Below, in pieces: positions 16,376-25,008 of a DNA stretch of 64,000 nt. The number at the start of each line of letters is the position of its first letter. Position 1 is the stretch's first letter. Location: contig DVKK01000057.1 of the NCBI GenBank assembly GCA_018716085.1, positions 14,570-78,569 on the forward strand. Reading direction: 5' to 3'. A program made the position numbers and the translations under genes. Origin of the DNA: Candidatus Ornithoclostridium excrementipullorum (lineage in GTDB: Bacteria > Bacillota > Clostridia > Christensenellales > UBA3700). Under the pieces are notes generated by a model. It was not told where the DNA came from. It did not search any database and saw nothing but the letters and a program-made list of their open reading frames with translations.

Positions 16376-18769
16376 TCAGACCGTTTCCGTCAGTCTGGGC
16401 AGATCGAGCGGCTCTCCCGCGAATACGTGTTTCGCTATCTTTACGTCCGCATTCGCGTCTTTGCAGTAGTAATCCGCGCCTATCTTGCGCGCGTAGTCTT
16501 CGTTGAGGACGGCGCCTCCGACCATCACCGTACAGTCCGGGCAGTCGCGGCGGAGCAGTCCTATCGTCTTTTGCATATTCGGTACGGTCGTCGTCATAAG
16601 CGCGGACAGTCCGCACAGCTTCGCGCCCGTTTTCGAAACTTCGGCGGCGACTTTCTCGCACGGCACGTTCTTGCCGAGATCGATCACGTTGTAACCGTAG
16701 TTTTCCAGGACGGTGCGGACGATGTTTTTGCCGATATCGTGTACGTCGCCTTCGACCGTGGCGAGCACTACGGTATCGCCGCTCTTCGCACTGCCCGCGG
16801 GCATACGCTTTTTCACTTCGTCGAAGCAGGCTTTCGCGCTGTCCGCCGCGGAGATGAGCTGAGGAAGAAAGAGTATCCCCTTTTCGTAGTCGTCTCCGAC
16901 CGAATTAAGCGCGGGTATCAGATATCCGTTGACGAGGTCGAGCGGAGCGATCCCCGAATCGAGCAGCTTTGCCGCGGCGTCTTTTGCGGACGGCAGCCCC
17001 TTGCGTATCGCGTATATAAGATCGTTGTCGCCCGCGTCGGCGCGATCGTGTTCCGCGCGGCGTATCTCTTTGGACGTCAGCTCGATCGCGGAATATTTTT
17101 CCGTATAAGCGGCGCAGTTGACGTCGGCTCCCGACAGCACGTTGTAGGCCGCCACCGTCTGCATGTTTTCCGGTATATTGGGATTGAGTATGGGTGCGTC
17201 GAGTCCCGCCCAGAGCGCCGCCGACAAAAAGCCGGTGTTGACTATCTTGCGATTGGGCAGACCGAACGATATATTGCTGACTCCGAGTACCGTTCTGACG
17301 TCGTATTCGCTCTTTATGCGCCGTATCGCTTCGAGCGTGCGCGCCGCCTGTTCCTGCTGCGCGCCCACTGTCAGCGTAAGACAGTCGATATAAACGTCCT
17401 GTTCGGGTATCCCGTATTCTTTTGCGCGCCCGATTATCCTCCGCGCGATCTCGAGGCGTCTTTCCACCGTGTCGGGGACGCCCTTCTCGTCGACGGTAAG
17501 ACCCACTACGGCGGCGCCGTATTTCGCCGCTATCGGCAATATGGAGGAGAGGGAGGACTCGTCTCCGTTGACGGAGTTTACTATGGCTTTGCCGTGGTAT
17601 GCCCTCAGCGCGCTCTCGACGGCATCGGGTTTGGTGCAGTCTATCTGAAGGGGTAGATCGGTCACCCTTTGCAACAGTCTGACCAATGAGGTGAGGACGG
17701 CGTTTTCGTCTATTTCGGGCAAGCCCGCATTCACGTCCAGTATATCCGCGCCCGCTTCCTCCTGTTCGAGCGCCTGTTTTACGATATAGCCTTCGTCGCC
17801 GTTTTTCAAAGCCTCTTTCATCGCTTTTTTGCCTGTGGGGTTGATGCGTTCTCCGATCACCCTCACGCCGTCCACGATCACGGATCTTCTTGCGGAACAT
17901 ACCGCCGAAAACGGCTTATATCCGCACGGGTACGGTTTTTCTCTGTCGGCTATCTTTCTGAGCAGAGCGATATGTTCCGGCGTTGTGCCGCAGCATCCCC
18001 CTATGATCCGAGCGCCCGTGCGCACGTATTTTTCGCAGTAAGAGGCGAATTCCTCGGGGCCGACCGAATAATTTCCGTCGGGATCGGGAAGTCCGGCGTT
18101 GGGTTGGACTATTATCGGCTTGTCCGTGAGAAGAACAAGCTTTTCGACTATCGGCACAAGCTTGTCGGGACCGAGCGAACAGTTGACTCCGATAGCGTCG
18201 GCAAGAGGCGCCGCGGTCAGGGCGAAAGACGTGACGTCGCACCCGGTAAACGTACGCATATTGTCGAAGAAGGTCATCGACGCGATCACCGGAAGATCGG
18301 AGTTTTCCTTTACCGCGAGCAGAGCCGCGCGCAGTTCCGCAAGATCGGACATCGTTTCGACGAGGACGAGATCCGCTCCGTCGGCGGCGAGTACGGCGCG
18401 CTTATATACGTCGTACGCCGTATCGAACGACATCGTGCCGAGAGGTTCGATAAGCTGTCCCGTAGGACCGAGATCGAGCGCGACGAATCTGTTTTCCGCC
18501 GCGGATCTAGCTATTTTTATCGCGGCGCGTATCAGATCGTCGGACATATCGCCCGCTTTGGCGGCGTTGGCTCCGAAGGTCGCGGCGGATATCACGTCGG
18601 CGCCCGCTTCCGCGTATTCGCGGTGTATCCGTGCGATGATATCGGGACGGGTCAGATTGAGTTTTTCGGGCAAAGTGCCGGCGCCCGGGTATCTGCGTTG
18701 AAGAGCGGTGCCGAACGCACCGTCGAACACGACGATATTGTCGCGCATGAATTTGCGGAAATCTTTCAT
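16376..18769 (-). CDS. metH: Cobalamin-dependent methionine synthase core (Hcy-, pterin- and B12-binding domains; no AdoMet reactivation domain)
   Basis: Start at MKDFRKF (ATG 18767-18769). Contains the homocysteine methyltransferase region ending GGCCGTTPEHI, the pterin-binding region and the DxHxxG motif (GDVHDIGKN). It ends after the B12 domain. Confidence 0.9.
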   Translation of the reverse strand: MKDFRKFMRDNIVVFDGAFGTALQRRYPGAGTLPEKLNLTRPDIIARIHREYAEAGADVISAATFGANAAKAGDMSDDLIRAAIKIARSAAENRFVALDLGPTGQLIEPLGTMSFDTAYDVYKRAVLAADGADLVLVETMSDLAELRAALLAVKENSDLPVIASMTFFDNMRTFTGCDVTSFALTAAPLADAIGVNCSLGPDKLVPIVEKLVLLTDKPIIVQPNAGLPDPDGNYSVGPEEFASYCEKYVRTGARIIGGCCGTTPEHIALLRKIADREKPYPCGYKPFSAVCSARRSVIVDGVRVIGERINPTGKKAMKEALKNGDEGYIVKQALEQEEAGADILDVNAGLPEIDENAVLTSLVRLLQRVTDLPLQIDCTKPDAVESALRAYHGKAIVNSVNGDESSLSSILPIAAKYGAAVVGLTVDEKGVPDTVERRLEIARRIIGRAKEYGIPEQDVYIDCLTLTVGAQQEQAARTLEAIRRIKSEYDVRTVLGVSNISFGLPNRKIVNTGFLSAALWAGLDAPILNPNIPENMQTVAAYNVLSGADVNCAAYTEKYSAIELTSKEIRRAEHDRADAGDNDLIYAIRKGLPSAKDAAAKLLDSGIAPLDLVNGYLIPALNSVGDDYEKGILFLPQLISAADSAKACFDEVKKRMPAGSAKSGDTVVLATVEGDVHDIGKNIVRTVLENYGYNVIDLGKNVPCEKVAAEVSKTGAKLCGLSALMTTTVPNMQKTIGLLRRDCPDCTVMVGGAVLNEDYARKIGADYYCKDANADVKIAKHVFAGEPLDLPRLTETV

Positions 18770-19410
18770 TTTTGCTCCGGTCCGCGTGCGGCGCAGGTCT
18801 TGTTCGCGCACCGCGCGCATTTATCGCTTTTCGTAAACGGAAAAGGTTTGCCTCCGTCCCTGACTCCGATCAGGGCGGTGACCGATTTGCGGGGGACGAG
18901 AGATCCTCCCGAATCTACGCATACTCCTATCGCGGTATCGGTGCGGAGCAGCGCGCATATGGTCCTTTGCGACGAGAGCGGGAAGTCTCCGTAGCCGCAG
19001 GAAAACCTTGCGGTAAAGGCTTTGCCGGTCTCGGATTGAAGGCGGGCGCACACCTCGTCGCAATAGCTTTCGATCGCGCACGACGCCGCGGTATCCAACA
19101 GGAGCCCGTCTCTTGCCGAAACGGCGAAAGTCCTGTCGAGTTCGCGCTCTATAGCCGCTCCCAGAGTCGCCGCGAACAAATATACTTCGCGGCATCCCGC
19201 AAGGTGTCTTGCGATATCTCTGCCTTGCGGAGCAAAGCCGCTTCCTTCGAGAACTCCGTCGGAAAAGGCGAACCTGCGCACCGTGTATTTGGGACGGGCG
19301 CATTCCAGACATTTTGCAGACATTCTGTCCATCGCCTCGTCGGTGGCGGGATCGATCTGCTGACCGCGCCATCCGAGATAGCGCAGCATCTCGCGTCTGT
19401 CTACGTTCAT
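18766..19410 (-). CDS. Methionine synthase activation (AdoMet-binding) domain protein, encoded separately
   Basis: 214 aa beginning MNVDRREMLRYLGW. The ATG overlaps the metF stop (ATGA) and its stop overlaps the metH start. The sequence resembles the stand-alone MetH activation-domain proteins of Clostridia and Thermotoga. Confidence 0.7.
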   Translation of the reverse strand: MNVDRREMLRYLGWRGQQIDPATDEAMDRMSAKCLECARPKYTVRRFAFSDGVLEGSGFAPQGRDIARHLAGCREVYLFAATLGAAIERELDRTFAVSARDGLLLDTAASCAIESYCDEVCARLQSETGKAFTARFSCGYGDFPLSSQRTICALLRTDTAIGVCVDSGGSLVPRKSVTALIGVRDGGKPFPFTKSDKCARCANKTCAARGPEQK

Positions 19411-20282
19411 CTGTTGACGCTGGCGAGCATGGACGACACGTTTTCGGTTATCCTGCGCGCGACGGTCGAGTTGTTCATCACGTAAAGGTGTATGCCTCTC
19501 ACTCCCGCCGAGATAAGATCGACTATCTGATCGGTGGCGTAGGCTATACCTGCTTCCATCAGCGAATCGGGATCGTCGTAGAAGCGGGAGATCATGCGCG
19601 ATATCTTGTTGGGGATCTTGGCTCCCGTAAGTCCGACTATCCTGTCCACGGTGCTTTTTTTGACAAGCGGCATTATGCCCGCCTGCACGGGAACGGTTAT
19701 TCCCGCGAGCGCGAGCCGTTCGGAAAAGCGGAAAAAGTCGTCGTTGTCGTAAAACAGCTGGGAGTTGAGATGGGTCACGCCCGCTTCCACTTTGCGTTTG
19801 AGGTTGTTGATATCTTCGACCGGATCCGCGCTTTCGGGATGTCCTTCGGGATAACACGCTCCCGCGATGTCGAAAGCATAGCCTTTGCCGCGGATATACC
19901 GCACCAGTTCGTCGGCGTGGCTGAAATCGGGCGAGGGCGCCGCTCCCGCGATCCTGTCGCCGCGCAGAGCGAGAACGTTGTCTATTCCTGCGGCGGACAG
20001 CTTCTCCAACGACGCGGAGATATCCTCCTTGGTGGAGTTTATGCAGGTGAGATGTGCGAGCGGCTCCACTCCGAAGTCGTCGCGGAGCATCTGCGCTATC
20101 TCTATCGTGCGCGAGTTGCCGGACCCTCCCGCGCTGCAAGTGACCGACACGTAGTCGGGACGCAGGTCGGCGAGCGCGCCTACCGTGCGTTTTATTCCGT
20201 CGATATCGGCGGTGGGCTTGGGCGGGAATATCTCGAAAGACCAGAGGGTCTTTTTGGTCCCGAACATATCGGAAATATACAT
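19407..20282 (-). CDS. metF: 5,10-methylenetetrahydrofolate reductase
   Basis: MYISDMFGTKKTLWSFEIFPPK...VSVTCSAGGS...AHLTC...LALRGD. I chose the start at the ATG preceded by GGAGG (20280-20282) rather than the track Met at 20312. Confidence 0.9.
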   Translation of the reverse strand: MYISDMFGTKKTLWSFEIFPPKPTADIDGIKRTVGALADLRPDYVSVTCSAGGSGNSRTIEIAQMLRDDFGVEPLAHLTCINSTKEDISASLEKLSAAGIDNVLALRGDRIAGAAPSPDFSHADELVRYIRGKGYAFDIAGACYPEGHPESADPVEDINNLKRKVEAGVTHLNSQLFYDNDDFFRFSERLALAGITVPVQAGIMPLVKKSTVDRIVGLTGAKIPNKISRMISRFYDDPDSLMEAGIAYATDQIVDLISAGVRGIHLYVMNNSTVARRITENVSSMLASVNR

Positions 20283-20317
20283 AACGTCCTCCGTCCGCGT
20301 TTCCGCGGTCAAAAAAA

Positions 20318-20346
20318 ATTATATCAAAAAACGCGCGTATTGGCAA
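20318..20346 (-). promoter_or_regulatory. metF operon promoter
   Basis: On the minus strand: TTGCCA (20341-20346), 17 nt, TATAAT (20318-20323). Only about 35 nt of leader remain, leaving no room for a riboswitch. Confidence 0.55.
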
Positions 20347-20549
20347 CTTATGGACGCTTTTCGCTCCTATATAAGTATTTTGTTTTCTTATACCCGCGCA
20401 TGACGCGCGCGAGTTATTTTATCATCAAATATATCGGATATACCGCGAAGCGTTCGTTTTGCCGTTATCGCGGTCAATAAGCGAGAGGATGTGGACCGGG
20501 AAAGGTGACGTGATAATGATAACGGGGTAAGACGGATAAGTCATTAAAT

Positions 20550-20691
20550 TGTAATTAAATTAAAATTACATCGCTTTTCGCCTAAAAGCCTCAAATCGGG
20601 GCGGAAATCGCTGTTTTTCAGAATACATGCGGCTAAAAGTGGTTAAATTTTTCGCGAAATCATCAAATTTAATATTAATGTAATATTGATG
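20550..20691. promoter_or_regulatory. AT-rich region with two inverted repeats (candidate operators) upstream of the 1,255-aa gene
   Basis: TGTAATT-N7-AATTACA at 20550-20570. AATATTA-atg-TAATATT at 20671-20687, nested in CATCAA...TTGATG (20661-20691). Local AT content is far above the surroundings. Confidence 0.35.
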
Positions 20692-20766
20692 AAATGGTGG
20701 GTTAATAAAATTTAAGTGACCATGGGGGCATAGTCCCCCCGAGGAAAAAAATTATGGAGGCAGATT

Positions 20767-23700
20767 ATGAAACGTAAAGTATCCGTCATTCTGGCATTGG
20801 CGCTCGTACTTTGCATGATCTGTTCCATGTTTGCGTTTGTCGCGTGCGACGAAGAATGCACGGAGCACGTGGACGCGGACGGGGACGGGATATGCGATAA
20901 CTGCGGCGAAACGATGCCCGAAGAGGAGTGTACGCAGCACGTCGACGCGGACGGCGACGGTAAGTGCGACAACTGCGGAACGGCTATGCCCGACGGCGGC
21001 GACGAGTGCACGGAGCACGTCGATTCGGACGGCGACGGTAAGTGCGACAACTGCGGCATATGCATGACCCACAAAGACGCAGACAGCGACGGCAAGTGCG
21101 ACAACTGCGGCGAGTGTATATCTCACAGGGACGCGAACGACGACGGCAAGTGCGACAACTGCGGCGAGAGCGTGATAATGAGTTATTATCCCGATTACGC
21201 GATGAACCGCATAATAGACAATCTCAGCGCGCAGTATTCCGAGCTTGCGGGATCGTACGTGTTCGGGGTCAGCTTCGAGGCGGCGATAGACGCGAAGAAG
21301 GGAGCGGCGCAGGCAACGCAATACGTATTGCGCGGGAAGGCGAGCATAGACCTTCGCGCGAACGAAGCGGACAGAGAAGACAGCGCGATATGGGTCGAGC
21401 TGGTAGAGAAGACGGCGGACGGCGAAGAAGTGGTGCTCGGACTCGCGTTGGAGAGCACGGACGGAGCGCCGTATCTGTATGCGAACGCGCTTAACGGCGG
21501 ATACAAGAAGATAAACGCGATCTCCATCTACGATCTTGCCGTGCTGACGGGCGCGGCGGAGCCGGGAAGCGGCGCGTTGGCGACGGCGGGAACGGACGAT
21601 ATGATCACGTCGGTGATCTATTCGCTGCTGTTCGGAGACAGCGTCGAGTACAACGTGCTGGACAACGATTACGAGTTTACGCTGAGCGTAGCGAATATGA
21701 TGACGGAGCTGTCCGACGTATTGCAGCTTGTGGATATCGGATCGTTGATAGGCATAAGCGAGAGCGACATAATCGCGATAGTGGAAACGGTATTCGGCGA
21801 TCTTACATACGAGAGCGGAGAAGAGACCGTAGAGGTAGAGACGCTGTCCGATCTGCTTGCGTGGGTGAGCGCGAACTACGGCGGATACGGCGGTATCGTG
21901 ACCGTGGACTTTGCGGCTGACAACACGTACGAGGGCGCGACTGCCGAACTGGTAGACGGAGAAGACGGAAACGCGAACGTGACATTGAACGAAGTAAACG
22001 TAGGCGTGGATACGGTCGCGGTCATGGACGAGTTCCCGCTGAGCGAGGCGCAGAGATCCGAGATGGAAGCGATAAATCTGCTCAACTTCAAACTCGAGGG
22101 AAGAGCGGAAGGTCGTGACGCCGCAGGCACTGCGCACAATTGGTATAATATCGTGGTCGAGGCGGATATCGATCCGTTCGTGTTCCTCGATTTCATCAAC
22201 GGTACGGATATCGACACGGTAAAGAACGTGGTCAAGAATCTCGGATATCTGAGAGTTACGGTAGACGAGGTCGACGCCGAAGGCGCGCACGTTTCCAACA
22301 TATTGACGCTCTTTGCCGATCTTGACGGAAGCGACAATCCCATTTTGGTCAATCTCAACGCCTACGATATAATGAGCGGCATAATAAAAGCCAACCTCGG
22401 CGGCGTATACGAAGTCGACGAATTTATCGACATGATCGCCGATCTTGCCGGCGGTACCGGTGAAGGCGGCGACGGCTCCGGCGAAGGAAGCGGAAGTGAA
22501 GGTGAAGGCGGCGACGGCTCCGGCGAAGAAGGCGGCGGTATCGATATCGTTGCGCTCATCGGCGATATATTCTCCGCAATAGACACCGAGAACATGACCG
22601 AGAGCGGCGTGACGATAGACGTCAACAAGCTCGGCGACGTAATTTGCGAGGCTCTCAACATCAACATGGAAGTCATGGGAATGAATATCGCCGATATCAT
22701 CAAGAGCGATCTGCTCAACGGCGAACAGAGCCCCTTCCTGAACATAAAACTGTCGACTCCTCAGTACGGAGCCTGCGAAAGGACTTTCGGCTACAAAGAC
22801 GTCGAGGCGGGATATAAGAACGGGCTCAACGGTTTCTTTGCCGAAGCTGAGTTCGCGTCGCTTCCCGATATGGTGGAAGAGGGCGCCGAGGATACGATCG
22901 GAGAGTCCGTTATAGATGCGTCCGGCAACGTGTCCATCAAAGGTAAAGACTTCAACGGCAACGATCTCAGCGCGAGCGCCTATGTCCTCGAAGAGAGATA
23001 TACGACCGTGGGCGATACGATCGAAGTCGAATACGTGGTATCCGTTATCGCGGACCTGCCCGGAAACGGTATCTTGGGCTCCGCGCTCGGCGACAGCGTC
23101 AATCTGAAGGAACTCCCGCTCAGCGGCGTGTTCACCATCAAAGGCAGCGTTCAGGTCAGACCCTATGACGAAGAGGCTCAGATCGACGTGAAGGTCAAGG
23201 TCAGTTACGGAGAAGCTCCCGCGATAGTGGATGAGGTCAACACCACGTACGGACTCACTTCCGACGCCGGCGTCTATGCGACCGTTGCGACCAGAAGCAG
23301 CAACAGCATCGTCGTTACGATCACTTCCGGCGGCAACGCTAAAGAATATACCTTCAATAAGAATTCGATGAAGGTATATGACGCCGAAGGCAACGACGTG
23401 ACCGCAGAGGTCTACGACGCCGCTGCCGATAAGATCACCGTCGCGGGTAAATATACGCTCGGTTTCGAGGTCGGAAGATATAAGATCGAAGTCGCCACCG
23501 CGTCCATCGATACGTTTGAACTGCGCAGAGCCGACGGAGGCGAAGCTCAGACCGAGATCGATATCGACGGAGGATTGCTCTACAACGATTATAAGATAAT
23601 CGAGACCACCGCCGAAGGCGAGACCAAGGAACTGCCCATCGTCGCAAAGGCGATAGACGGAGGTCTTGCCGAAGAAGACTTCACCGATTTCGTCATGACA

Positions 23701-24534
23701 ACGAAGGATCTGCAGGACGTCGGTAAGAAGGTCAATCTCGAGATAACGGTAACGTCCACCAATCACGGTGACGTCAAGATCACGACTCCCGAGGTCAACG
23801 TCGTCAGCGATAAGTGGGTCAGCGTCAACAACCTCCTGCTCGGACAGAGCGTCGACAACGTTGCGGTTATCCATGAAGGACCGGTCGATTATTACACCAG
23901 ATACGACGCAGAGAACGGATTCTCGCTTGTAGACGCCGAAGGCAACGCCTACGCGACCCAGACCTATCAGATACGTATGTACTGGGAAGATGCCGCGGGC
24001 AATGCGGATCTCACGTTCAACGAAGCGGGACAGGTGACCAATATTCCCGTAGGCACCAGTGCTTCGCTCGGTAAATACGACGCGGTGTTCAGGATAGAAT
24101 TCGCCGACGGCTTCTACTATCAGCTGACGCTCGACGTGAGCGGTCTTTATGCCGGTACAAGCGCGAGAAAACTCGTTGCGGGAGAGCAGTTCACGCTCGA
24201 AACGATCATCGGCGGCACTACCGGATCCGCGGTTTATCCCAATACGCTCGATAAGTGGTACTGGTACAACGCGGACGGAAGCAGAGCGGATCTCGAGTTC
24301 AAGTTTGTCGCGGGCAACGAATTCGCCATAGTAGTTGCGGGTACGGATACCGTAGTGGCGACGTTCACGCTCAACATCCTTGACGCGGAGAACGAATCCG
24401 TAGAACTCGTAAACGGCGCGATAGCCGCAGCGGGCTCCTACACGATGACGGTTGATGTCGAATTCCTCGGACAGACGTACACCCTGCAGAGGAACGCTTC
24501 TTCCGGATATCAGGTCACCGTATCTGAGGCCTGA
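20767..24534 (+). CDS. Large putative lipoprotein with N-terminal Cys/His/Asp tandem repeats; otherwise no recognisable domain
   Basis: 1,255 aa with GGAGG RBS. Signal peptide MKRKVSVILALALVLCMICSMFAFVAC (Cys codon at 20845-20847). Acidic, Arg-poor composition. The longer antisense ORF is Arg-rich and implausible. Confidence 0.85.
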   Translation: MKRKVSVILALALVLCMICSMFAFVACDEECTEHVDADGDGICDNCGETMPEEECTQHVDADGDGKCDNCGTAMPDGGDECTEHVDSDGDGKCDNCGICMTHKDADSDGKCDNCGECISHRDANDDGKCDNCGESVIMSYYPDYAMNRIIDNLSAQYSELAGSYVFGVSFEAAIDAKKGAAQATQYVLRGKASIDLRANEADREDSAIWVELVEKTADGEEVVLGLALESTDGAPYLYANALNGGYKKINAISIYDLAVLTGAAEPGSGALATAGTDDMITSVIYSLLFGDSVEYNVLDNDYEFTLSVANMMTELSDVLQLVDIGSLIGISESDIIAIVETVFGDLTYESGEETVEVETLSDLLAWVSANYGGYGGIVTVDFAADNTYEGATAELVDGEDGNANVTLNEVNVGVDTVAVMDEFPLSEAQRSEMEAINLLNFKLEGRAEGRDAAGTAHNWYNIVVEADIDPFVFLDFINGTDIDTVKNVVKNLGYLRVTVDEVDAEGAHVSNILTLFADLDGSDNPILVNLNAYDIMSGIIKANLGGVYEVDEFIDMIADLAGGTGEGGDGSGEGSGSEGEGGDGSGEEGGGIDIVALIGDIFSAIDTENMTESGVTIDVNKLGDVICEALNINMEVMGMNIADIIKSDLLNGEQSPFLNIKLSTPQYGACERTFGYKDVEAGYKNGLNGFFAEAEFASLPDMVEEGAEDTIGESVIDASGNVSIKGKDFNGNDLSASAYVLEERYTTVGDTIEVEYVVSVIADLPGNGILGSALGDSVNLKELPLSGVFTIKGSVQVRPYDEEAQIDVKVKVSYGEAPAIVDEVNTTYGLTSDAGVYATVATRSSNSIVVTITSGGNAKEYTFNKNSMKVYDAEGNDVTAEVYDAAADKITVAGKYTLGFEVGRYKIEVATASIDTFELRRADGGEAQTEIDIDGGLLYNDYKIIETTAEGETKELPIVAKAIDGGLAEEDFTDFVMTTKDLQDVGKKVNLEITVTSTNHGDVKITTPEVNVVSDKWVSVNNLLLGQSVDNVAVIHEGPVDYYTRYDAENGFSLVDAEGNAYATQTYQIRMYWEDAAGNADLTFNEAGQVTNIPVGTSASLGKYDAVFRIEFADGFYYQLTLDVSGLYAGTSARKLVAGEQFTLETIIGGTTGSAVYPNTLDKWYWYNADGSRADLEFKFVAGNEFAIVVAGTDTVVATFTLNILDAENESVELVNGAIAAAGSYTMTVDVEFLGQTYTLQRNASSGYQVTVSEA
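20857..21168 (+). repeat. Five tandem coding repeats of C-x2-H-x-D-x-D-x-D-G-x-C-D-N-C-G
   Basis: The units are CTEHVDADGDGICDNCG, CTQHVDADGDGKCDNCG, CTEHVDSDGDGKCDNCG, CMTHKDADSDGKCDNCG and CISHRDANDDGKCDNCG. Confidence 0.9.
22459..22528 (+). repeat. 28-nt perfect direct repeat (period 42 nt) encoding a GEGGDGSGE linker
   Basis: GGTGAAGGCGGCGACGGCTCCGGCGAAG occurs at 22459-22486 and again at 22501-22528. Confidence 0.85.
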
Positions 24535-24804
24535 TAAAGCTGCAAAGGAACAACGCAACAGAATACCCGAAAAGGTATATCTTTCCACCTCCTCCACACC
24601 CCGTGCCGTAAGGCGCGGGGGAGTGTGGGGAGAAGACAACGAAACCGACGCCCGAGACATCTTTGCGTTTCTATGGACAGACGGGCGCAGGTATAGCGGA
24701 GTTATCCGCACTCCCCGGCGGGCGCTCGCACCGCGGGCTCCCGCCGGCTCCTTTCGACTATAACGTCGCCATGCGGCGACTTCCCTAACCATACCTTATC
24801 ATAC

Positions 24805-24840
24805 GCACACGGGACGGATCGGAAGATCCGTCCCGTGTGC
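24805..24840. other. Perfect 16-bp GC-rich hairpin with GGAA loop, no U-tract
   Basis: GCACACGGGACGGATC-ggaa-GATCCGTCCCGTGTGC. Confidence 0.8.
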
Positions 24841-24940
24841 CATAGCTCATTCGCAGCTTCGCGGGAGAGGCTGTGATCGTCGGTCAAAGCGTTCAAGACG
24901 TCGTTTCCCGGAAGAGCCGTACCGCGGGCGAGGCGTACGG

Positions 24941-24974
24941 AAAAATAAACGGGGACCGCAGCGTTGCGGCCCCC
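24941..24974 (-). terminator. Intrinsic terminator of the dnaI-like operon
   Basis: On the minus strand: ACGGGGGCCGCA-acgc-TGCGGTCCCCGT followed by TTTATTTTT. Confidence 0.7.
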
Positions 24975-25008
24975 GTCGTCTTAGATATCCGCTCTCCCGG
25001 AGCGTTAT

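Noticed and set aside
20350-20530. A possible S-box (SAM) riboswitch or T-box upstream of metF, including an imperfect hairpin CCGTTATC...GATAACGG at 20461-20524.
   Set aside because: Neither strand matches the SAM-I core I recall (…GAGGGA.UGGCCC…GCAACC…) or a T-box sequence. A good TTGCCA-17-TATAAT promoter sits only about 35 nt from the metF start, downstream of this hairpin. The hairpin has just 8+4 paired bases.
20752-24792. A 1,346-aa minus-strand ORF, longer than the 1,255-aa + strand ORF it mirrors.
   Set aside because: The minus translation is Arg/His-rich with poly-R runs and no signal or motif. The + ORF has an RBS, a signal peptide with lipobox, and ordinary acidic extracellular composition. 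The apparent repeats in the short antisense ORF 20712..21104 are only the mirror image of the Cys-repeat units.
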